Source: Octopus vulgaris (lineage: Eukaryota). Taken from it: 64,000 bases of DNA. The DNA lies in the NCBI GenBank assembly GCA_951406725.2, contig OX597823.1, forward strand, positions 91,822,001 through 91,886,000. The letters are read 5' to 3'. The notes beneath the pieces were generated by a model, which was given only the letters and a program-made list of their open reading frames with translations, had not been told where the DNA came from and did no database searches. Below, in pieces: positions 54,371 through 64,000 of this stretch. How positions within the stretch are numbered: position 1 is the stretch's first letter; every line of letters starts with the position of its first letter. Both the position numbers and the translations under genes were made by a program.

Positions 54371-55256
54371 GGTGTGGTTAATGTATTGTCGGGTGAAATA
54401 CACAAAAAGGAAAATAAAAATGAAAATATCATTTTAACAGATATATTTAGCAAAATTACATGAAAATATCTTGAAATACTAAAGAGTAAATTTATTCCAT
54501 AAAATCGCCATTGGCTTCAACCACAGTTACAAAGAGCTTCGGAATCGCCTGCAGCTCTTCTGAACGGTCTCTTTGTTTAAGTTGATGAATGCTGCCATAA
54601 TTCTTGCCTTCAGTTCATCTTTGATGTCATAAGGGGTTTTGTTGGTCTCTTGCTCAACTGCGCCACACACATGATAATGAAGGAGGCTGTAGCCTGGGGA
54701 GTTAGGTGACCCGATGCTAAGGATGATGTGTTCGCAGAAACTGTCTGACAGCCATGACTAGGTTCTCCTGCTTATGTGGCATGATGCTGAGTCCTGTTGT
54801 CAGACACGGTCTTCCAGAGGCCACCCTCTTAATCCAGAGCAGCACTACCTCCTCAAGATTCTTGATGTAGGCCACCGTGTTGAGTCTGTGGCAGTGGGAG
54901 AAGATGGAGGTATAAAATCGCTATCACCCCAGGCACAAATGGTGTTGAATGGATGTTTGATTTTTATCCCTCTCGGTGCATGCTTTGAGGACGCGAAAAG
55001 CCAAGAATTGCTCGGTGTGTTCACGATCTGTTCGAAATGATGTTTCAGGTGCGAATGCCATGTAGTATAGCATGTCTTTTCCAAATTTTTGGCAGTGTGC
55101 ATTCCGTCATGATGCTGTTTTTCTCACAGACGGTCTCCAAATGACCCTGCTATAATGTATAGTCGACAAAATCAAAAAGAATGTGCTAGATACAAAACAA
55201 AAAGCAATGCGCTAAATAAAAAATATACAATGGCGACAATTTACACATCGCATATG
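54368..55256 (-). mobile_element. Internally deleted DD37D (maT-like) Tc1/mariner transposon
   Basis: QQDSASCH...SPNSPGYSLLHYHVCGAVE, with 37 residues between the second D and the position of the third (now H). C-terminus VVEANGDFME*. Degenerate TIRs (attgtcg/cgacaat) next to TA tracts. Confidence 0.85.
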
Positions 55257-55309
55257 TATATATATATACATACATATATACGTACACACACACACTCACA
55301 CACACACAT

Positions 55310-55340
<31 letters not shown>

Positions 55341-55628
55341 CATATATATACATACACATATATATATACACATATACATGTATACATACGCAAAAATGAT
55401 ACACATATATACACATACACACACACAGACAGATGCATATACATACATATATATATATAAATATATAAACTACATATCTATATAAATACATACATAATAC
55501 ACATATACACACACATATATATATACATTCATGCATATACATATACAAGTATACATACACATACATACACACACACGCGCACACATACATATACACACAC
55601 ACATATACAAATACATACATACACACAT

Positions 55629-55659
<31 letters not shown>

Positions 55660-56478
55660 CATACATGTACACATATACATATGTATATATATATCAACAA
55701 GGGAGGGTAAAGTTAATTAGTTATTAATCAATTTCATCAAGTGTTCAGTATGTAAAGGGACCATTATTATTTTGAGTAAACAATGTTAGAGGGAAAAAAA
55801 TTCTCTAAGTAGTGGAAGAGGCTAAAAAACTTTATTGGCTGCTATTTCTAGAAAGTTTAGTATGTGGCAAAGTAATTTATTTTATTTTCCTAAGCCCTAA
55901 TTATATAATATTTTATACATACATACACATACATAAGCACATACATTTACACATACATATGCATATACATATATACACATATACATACAAACACATATAC
56001 ACATATACACACACACACACACATACAAACATACATACATACAAACATACATACATACATACATACAAACATACATACATACATGTATGTGTGTGTAGAT
56101 ACGTATACATGTGTGTATAGGTATAAGTGAGAATCTCCTTATTTACCTATAACTCTATCCCCCTTTTTTTATATATATATTTTTTTATATATATATTTTA
56201 TATATATATTTTTTATATATATTTTTTATATTTTTTTTTTTTTTTTATTTTTTTATTTATTTTATTTATTTTTTTACTTTTTTATTTTTTTATTTTTTAT
56301 TTTTTTATTTATTTTTTTATTTTTTTATTTATCTATTCTTTCATCTAACTTACCAATGACTCCTTGACCACTCCCCCAAGTATGATATTTTGCGCTATGC
56401 CTACCCCCAAAAAGTCCCCCACCACCACTCCTTTAAACCTGCCTAAATGTATAAATGCTAATACAATTCTTGTTAAAT

Positions 56479-56529
56479 AGCTTCCTGAAGATTTCTCTTG
56501 AATGAAACAGTACTAGTCCTGTAGAAGCT
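56479..56529 (+). ncRNA. Type I hammerhead ribozyme
   Basis: AGCUUC-CUGAAGA-U-UUC-UCUU-GAA-U-GAAACAG-UACUAGUC-CUGUA-GAAGCU; followed by (TA)n. Confidence 0.8.
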
Positions 56530-56540
56530 CCTTCTATATA

Positions 56541-56592
<52 letters not shown>

Positions 56593-56712
56593 GTATATAT
56601 ATACATAGACATATATATATATATATATATAAATTTATGTGTATGTATATATATATATATATAAGTATAGATATATATATATGTATATATAGCGATGTAT
56701 ATATATATATCT

Positions 56713-57090
56713 ACAGGAGTGGCTGTATTGTAAGTAGCTTGCTTACCAACCACATGGTTCCGGGTTCATTTCCACTGCGTGGCACCTTTGGCAAGTGTTT
56801 TCTACTCTAGTCTAGCGCCGACCAAAGTCTTGTGTGTGAATTTGGCAGACAGAAACAGAAAGAAGTCCGTCGTATATATGTACATATATATGTATGTGCG
56901 TGTATATGTTTGTGTGTCTGTGTGTCTCCTCCCAACATCGCTTGACAACCGATACTGGTTTGTTTACGACCCCGTAACTTAGCGGTTCGGGAAAAGAGAC
57001 CGATAGAATAAGTACCAGGCTTACAAAGAATAAGTCCTGGGGTCGATTTGCTCGACTAAAAGATGGTGCTCCAGCTGAAACAAGTAAAAT
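56713..57090 (+). mobile_element. SINE family A
   Basis: ggagtggctgtattgtaagtagcttgcttaccaaccacatggttccgggttc... Confidence 0.88.
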
Positions 57091-57112
57091 ATTAAAAAAG
57101 TATATATCTATG

Positions 57113-57149
<37 letters not shown>

Positions 57150-57154
<5 letters not shown>

Positions 57155-57323
57155 TCGCCACTACATACATTTTTTTCTCTCCTTGTATTTTTCTGTGTCT
57201 CTTTCTGTAGAAGAGCGTAGGCTCGAAACATAAAAGACTTTTCCTATTCCTGAGCGTTATACTAATACATCTGTTTGTTTTGTACACCACCTGTCTTCGT
57301 CTTTTGTCTTTTTCGTAAACTCT

Positions 57324-57328
<5 letters not shown>
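57150..57328 (+). mobile_element. Repeat family H1 in (TA)n with variant HHR (57200-57237)
   Basis: UCUUU-CUGUAGA-A-GAGC-GUAG-GCUC-GAAAC-AUA-AAAGA; (TA)n on both sides. Confidence 0.75.
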
Positions 57329-57416
<88 letters not shown>

Positions 57417-57554
57417 TATAAAGAATAAAACAAATAAAATAGTAAAGGAATACATATATATATGTATATATAAATATGTTTGTCTTTATGTACATTTCTA
57501 TTAAAAACAACTTTACATTAACCTGCTGGGTTACTCTATGCTTTTGTATAGAGT

Positions 57555-57620
57555 ACTTCAGAGTTTCAGGCAGCTAAGCCATCATCGGACGATGACTTAG
57601 CTTGTCCGAAACTCCGAAGT
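57555..57620. ncRNA. Divergent inverted pair of HHR-like motifs
   Basis: Minus: CCGAUGA-UGGCUUAGCUGCCU-GAAAC-UCUGAA-GUA. Plus: CGAUGA...GUCC-GAAAC-UCCGAA-GU. Confidence 0.55.
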
Positions 57621-58475
57621 GACTGGCAATAATAGCTTCGTTTTAGAATTAAATTGATGCGTTCTCACTATTCGTCTTCTTGACACTGATTAAAACAGTA
57701 AGAATATTAGCCGTGAAACACAACAAATTATATTCACCTTTCCCTCATATTGAAACCCTTCTATTTAATTACTTTTTTTTACCCATTCACAGTCCCGGCG
57801 CTTGGTTTTCACCTAATTTATTAACATTGTACTCCGAAGTAATAAAGCACGTTCATTCACTCTTAATTAAAGATTTTACACTGCAGATGTAATTTTCTAT
57901 CTAAAAACGTAATTTCTTTATAATTAAGTAATTAAGGTTTGTATTTTCTTTCTACATATACATTAAAATGTTAGACGTACACTTATACACAGACATACTT
58001 ACAAATATGGGGACGCTCACGCGCACATATATACAGCCTGATATGTGTATATACATGCATTTATGAATATACGTATGTTTTTATATTTTCATAGATCGAT
58101 AGGTATCTTTGTATACATGCATATGTATATGTACACACACACACATGTTTATATATGCACACAGCTGTATACATATATATATATTTATGAATATAGGTAA
58201 TATATATCTATCTCTATATATATATGCACATATGCACATATACAAACACAAAACACTCACACATACGTGTATATATGTTTAAGTGTATGCATATTTATAT
58301 AAGAGGTATGTAAATATGTTTGTATACATGAGAATGTGAATGTGTGCGTTAGGAATCTGATACCAGATCGTCTAACGTAGTAATTATGGATGTGTAGCGG
58401 TTTCGTCATCACATCAACACGGACAGAGAGAGAGAGGGGCGGAAGAGAGAGAGGGGCGGAAGAGAGAGAGAAAGA

Positions 58476-58520
<45 letters not shown>

Positions 58521-58721
58521 GGGGGAGATTGGTGGTGGTGGAGAATCTGTGGCAAGAATCAAAGAAAAACACGCAAACGAAAAGTACAAGAAGATAAAAA
58601 GTGAAACGAAGACCAAAACAGTCACCCTGAAGATCACGTGCTTTACATAGTTGCATAACGTGCATACACATATACATACATACATACGTACATACATACA
58701 TACATACATACATACATACAT

Positions 58722-58776
<55 letters not shown>

Positions 58777-58827
58777 TAAAAGTGTGAATATTTATATATA
58801 TGTGTGTATGTGTGTGTGTGTGTATAG

Positions 58828-58930
<103 letters not shown>

Positions 58931-59014
58931 TCTGTGTGTGCATGTATAAGTATATATATACGCACACATGCACATGAATATATATATATATATATATATA
59001 TCACTTTTGTGATA

Positions 59015-59075
<61 letters not shown>

Positions 59076-59232
59076 AGAGCGTAAGCCAACGAGCGAAAGA
59101 GAAAACGTTTGAGAGTTTTATAGAACGAAAATGCGTTGTTCGTTTGTTCTTTGATGTAATTTCCAAATCTTTTCTAATGTTTTCGATTTCCTTCATACTT
59201 ATTAGTTTGTGGTTTACCACTTCAAACAGAAT

Positions 59233-59267
<35 letters not shown>

Positions 59268-59567
59268 TGAGGAGGGTAACGTGTCGAATTGGGTCGATAA
59301 CTATTTAACGCTGTCTTCATTTTTTTCTCACCTTTTCTATTGTAATGTTTTTCTGCGTGTTATTTTTCGTTTAAGACGATATTATTGCTACTACCAGCAA
59401 TAATAATAAAAATAGTACCTATAATAATAACTATGGTGCAACTACGAATCACTTTTTAAGTCTTAATTTCCGTATGTGATACATCAAATTTCTATGTTTT
59501 ACATTTTAGATTCCGAAACCAGGACTTTAATCTGGAAAAAATATAATAATATAATAATAGTAACAGG

Positions 59568-60600
59568 CTTACGTTCTAAGTTCAAATTCTGCCGAGGTCT
59601 ACTTTGTCTGTCATCTTTTCGGGGTCGATAAATTAACTACCAGTTGCATACTGGGGACGATCTAATCGACTGGCCCCCTCTTCCAAAATTTCGGACCTTG
59701 TGCCTAAAGTAGAAAAATATATAAAGGCGGTGCGGTGGTAGAATCGTTAGCATGCTGAGCAAAATGATTTTCGGCATTTCGATCAGCGCTCTGCTGAAGT
59801 CGACTTCACCTTTTATCGTCTCAGAGATCGATAATGTAAGCACCGCAGAACTGCTGGTCTTGAGCCAAAATTTGAAACCAATATAATAACGGCAACAAGA
59901 ACAAGATCAACAACGATGACGAGAACAAGAACAATAGCAACAACAATAATCAAAATGTTTTTAAATTGATTACATTGACTCCAGCGTTCAAATGATACTT
60001 ATTTTATGGATCCCGATTTCATGAAATGCAAAGTCGGTCTCGGCGGAATTAGAATTTAGAAGGTGAAGACGAACGAAATGCCACCGAGCATTTTGCTCGG
60101 CTTGTTAACAATTCTGCCAGCATGCAGTCTTGTACAGGTTTCAATTTTGGCACAAGGTCAGCAATTTCGAGGGAACGGGGCTAGTTTGATTAGATCAACC
60201 CCAGTGTCGAGCAGCATCTCGTCCGTCATTATGTTCTGGTTTCAAATGCAACCGGGGTTGACTTTCCCTTCCACCCATTCGGGGGTCGATAAATTAAGTG
60301 CCAGCTGTGCACTTGGGGTCGATGTAATCGACTTACTCCTCCACCGAAATTTCTGGTCTTCTGTCAAAATTTGAAACCATTAATTCCGAAGTCTGTGTCG
60401 GGTCATGAGGTCGGTGAATCGTTTGACATGTCGTTTAATTTACGTTCTAAGTTCAAATCCCATTGAATCAACTTTATCTTTCATCCTTTTGTGAGTTCGG
60501 CAAAAAACAAAGTTCCAGTCAAGAACTGGGTCTATATAACGACTAACCGCTTACTGTAAATATTTCAGAACTTGCCGTTAAAATGGAATCGATTCCAGTG
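59568..60600. mobile_element. Cluster of at least five SINE family B fragments in both orientations
   Basis: Repeated gttcaaat..., ggggtcgataaattaa and gtaatcgact motifs. Confidence 0.8.
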
Positions 60601-60952
60601 CATTAAGTGCTTACATTCAGAACCAGACACATGCATCGGATTAACTTTTGAGTAATTAAGAAAATTCAGAATCTAAATATGTTTGATTTTGATTGGAAGA
60701 CTCTAAGATATGGCATCTATCCCAGTTTGACTGAAAAATATTTCACGTGCGCGAAGCCAGCATCTTGCAGATTGTGTTTTAAGGGTTATCATGAAATCGA
60801 CCAAATATGCACTTAAAATGGTTTTGAAAGTAAGCTCCTCAGAATGTTGTTGTTAACAAACCACTAAACGCTGACTGATTTAAACTTAGGAGAAAAGATA
60901 TCTTACATAGATTAGGAGGAAACACATACCAAATACCGTTTAGCATTAGAAA

Positions 60953-61250
60953 GTGAGTAGCTTAGTGGATCGAGTATTGCGCTTACGATCGAAACGTCTC
61001 GAGTTCGAATACCGGTGGTGCGTTGTGTCATTCAGCAAGACACTTTATTTCACGTTGTTCCTGTCCATTTAGCTGGTGTAGTACCTGTAATTCGAAGGGG
61101 AGAAACCCTGTCACACTCTGTGTCACGCCGAATCTCCCTCCGAACTACGTTAAAGATACACGTGTCTGTGGAGTACTCAGCCGCTTGCATCTTAATTTCA
61201 GGAGCAGGCTGTTGCATTGATCAGATCAATTAGAGACCTGGTCGTCAGGA
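60953..61250 (+). mobile_element. SINE with a different tRNA-like head and family C tail type 2
   Basis: B-box gagttcgaatacc; ttgtgtcattcagcaagacactt; tail ctctgtgtcacgccgaat...cacgtgtctgtggagtactcagcc. Confidence 0.8.
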
Positions 61251-61794
61251 CAGACACACAGACAACCAGGATGTGAATACATACGCAAAGACACACGAAC
61301 GCACGCAAGCACAATCACACACATACACACACACACACATGCACGCGCACACGCACAAACATACACACACTCTCACAAACTCACACACAAGCAAAACCAC
61401 GCGCAAAGCATATGTCAAAACAGAAGACTAGAAAAAAATTGGCATATTTTTAATTTCATATTACACCGGTTTCATTCACAGCATATAGAAAAAAACACGT
61501 ATATAATACTTTTAATACTTTATACAAACATATGCGTGTGTATACGTGTGTGTGTGGGGGATGTGCGCGTACACGCACATGCACGTGGATTGCTTTATGT
61601 CCAACGAATGATAATGAAGAGCTCAATACATGTAGAGGATATTTTCCTTATTTCAACTGAAATTGATACCGAGATTTGCTTTAGTGACACGAGTGGGGCG
61701 AGACAATATATGATGATAATAATGTATATATATATGTGTGCATACATACATATATTTACATACCTACATATATATATGTATATATACATGCATA

Positions 61795-62100
61795 TTTGGG
61801 AACAGGACGAGGGCAAAATGAAAAACAAGAACATAGAAAACAAAAAAAAAACATGGAAAACGAACTTTTTTCGAACAACGAACGAAACAAATAGAGAAAC
61901 GAGACAGGCAGCATAAAGAACATTCCCTTCATCAGTTGTCCCCTGTTTTATTTACTCTGCGTTTCGAAAGTAGAGACAAGGCGCGACTTCATTAAAACAG
62001 TCCTTCTCGCAAAGCAAATTAAATAAAATTTGGGATTTTTGCAGAGGGTTAAAGTAATAACAAAAACAGGACAGTAAAAGAACAAAACAGTAAAAACAAA
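61795..62100 (-). mobile_element. Repeat family H3 copy
   Basis: tactctgcgtttcgaa identical to 3251-3266; aaagcaaattaaataaaattt also shared. Confidence 0.8.
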
Positions 62101-62621
62101 CGGCTAGCGCTGTTCAGCCATAACAATGTGTTATGTCGCACGTTCTGATGCCTTCTACACAACTCTGCTCTCTCTGTTCCTCCGGCTGCTACTCAGCTTT
62201 TCTCTACTCCACTCTGTTCTAGTCTACCCTCTACTACTCCCTGGCTGTGCTCTCTGACGACTAGACTTCTCACTCTATATCTACATATTGGGCTAGCCTA
62301 CTTCATCGTCTGGGGGCGTCCACACAACACAAGGTGAAGTGGCGAACGCTAGAGAAAGTAGCTAAGACAGGTGGTCTTATCTCTTGTAAAGCAAGAGGAA
62401 GAAAGAACGATAGCCGCTGGTCACGTGTGAGCAACGAACGTCAAAGAGGACGAGTGAGAGAAAGAGAACGGTGAAGGGGAGGATAGGAAAAACAGAAAGA
62501 AAGAAGAATAGCGATAAAGGGAGAATAGAGAGTGTAGAGTGTACATAGGAATTAAGATAAAATTTACTTGGAAATGAACGCCACGCATCCATTTCCAAGT
62601 AAATTTTATCTCTAACTCTCT

Positions 62622-62654
<33 letters not shown>

Positions 62655-62656
<2 letters not shown>

Positions 62657-62740
62657 GGAGTAAACTGTAAAAACTTTAACGGCAACGGAAAATTCAGAGT
62701 AACAGGTTTTGTTGAATTTTCTGCTGCTTTAAATAAAGTA
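62655..62740 (+). mobile_element. Short (TA)n-flanked fragment related to the 18040 HHR unit
   Basis: gagtaacaggttttgttgaattttctgctgcttt versus gagtaacagtttttgtgatatttttgctacttt. Confidence 0.55.
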
Positions 62741-62771
62741 TATATATATATATATATATATATAGATGATG

Positions 62772-62934
<163 letters not shown>

Positions 62935-63629
62935 TATGTGTGCGATCATGCAACTTTATTTCAGATACTGGTATTGTATATTGAAGTCCAGCTATATATT
63001 TAATTTTCCCTGACACGAAAATTATATTGAAATAAGAATTTGCGAACACGTGTTCAATGTAGTTGTATGTTGCAAAAAAAAAAAATTCCATATAAATATG
63101 TTGTCTTCGATTTCATTCAATATCTATCGATTGTTTGCTTGTTGACGTAAATATAAGGCAAAGGGTATAACAATCAGAAAAAACTGAGCAAAAGATGACA
63201 AGTGTGCAACAAAGAACATAGTTTCAGAGATGTTCTTTGGAAAACTTCACTGTTGGTTTTACGACATCACAGGAATCAAATATGAACATGGTTGTCGATA
63301 TTATTCAAAGAATTTTAAAAGCTTTCAAAATAACCTTGGAATTTCCAAGTTTACAGAAGCTAGGATAATTTATTTTTCAAATTGAACACATCAATATGGA
63401 TATATTGAATTCCTTGGGTTTCCTGTTTACCGATATTAAGGATATATATTATGTGTGTGTGTGTATACATTTATGAGTGTATATACATTTATATTTGTGT
63501 GTATGTATAAGCATGTATATGTTTGTATACACATATATATGAATATATATATATATTATATATACATGATTAATATATTTATAGGCATATTTTATATAAT
63601 AATATTCAGATAAATTTATGAATATATGC

Positions 63630-63673
<44 letters not shown>

Positions 63674-63777
63674 ATATTATAGATGATAAATAATAATGAA
63701 TGTGTATGTATTTTAAGATTGATTTGTGAGTCAAAGATTTATATATAAGTATACATATACATATATATGTATATTTA

Positions 63778-63814
<37 letters not shown>

Positions 63815-64000
63815 AAAAGTTAAAATATTTCATATGTAAATAATAAAATGAGAATTGAATTGAAATAAAAATAATATCTGTTTAAGATTATGAAGTATTG
63901 AGAATAATGAAACAAATTATAAAATATGGAATGAAAATATGTATTTCCACTACATGTGAAAACAAAGTTCTATAAGAAACGACAAAAAAATAATAAACTA

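Noticed and set aside
62127-62331. Possible solo LTR (TGTGTT...AACACA)
   Set aside because: No target-site duplication or poly(A) signal.
63240-63370. Short open frame ENFTVGF...LQKLG
   Set aside because: No recognisable domain or splice support.

Overview
This is eukaryotic, AT-rich, repeat-saturated DNA with no protein-coding gene I can support. The SINE families and extreme microsatellite load suggest an octopus intergenic or intronic region; this is an inference, not a database hit. Most ORFs in the supplied track are microsatellite translations. Identifiable content: three modular tRNA-derived SINE families (dozens of copies); a 5'-truncated Tx1/L1-clade LINE; Dong/R4-type 3' fragments next to (TAA)n; Penelope-like element (PLE) remnants with GIY-YIG endonuclease domains; two decayed Tc1/mariner transposons (one with DD37D spacing); a Helitron-like insert nested in a pogo/Tigger-like MITE; and a tRNA-Lys(CTT) pseudogene. 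The main hidden signal is about 20 hammerhead-ribozyme (HHR) or HHR-like motifs in short, mostly microsatellite-flanked non-coding units. They comprise canonical type I folds, divergent inverted pairs, core variants, and one multi-copy family with covarying helices in which CUGANGA lies downstream of GAAA...GUA. One SINE family also shares its 3' tail with the Tx1 LINE. All folds and translations were done by eye.
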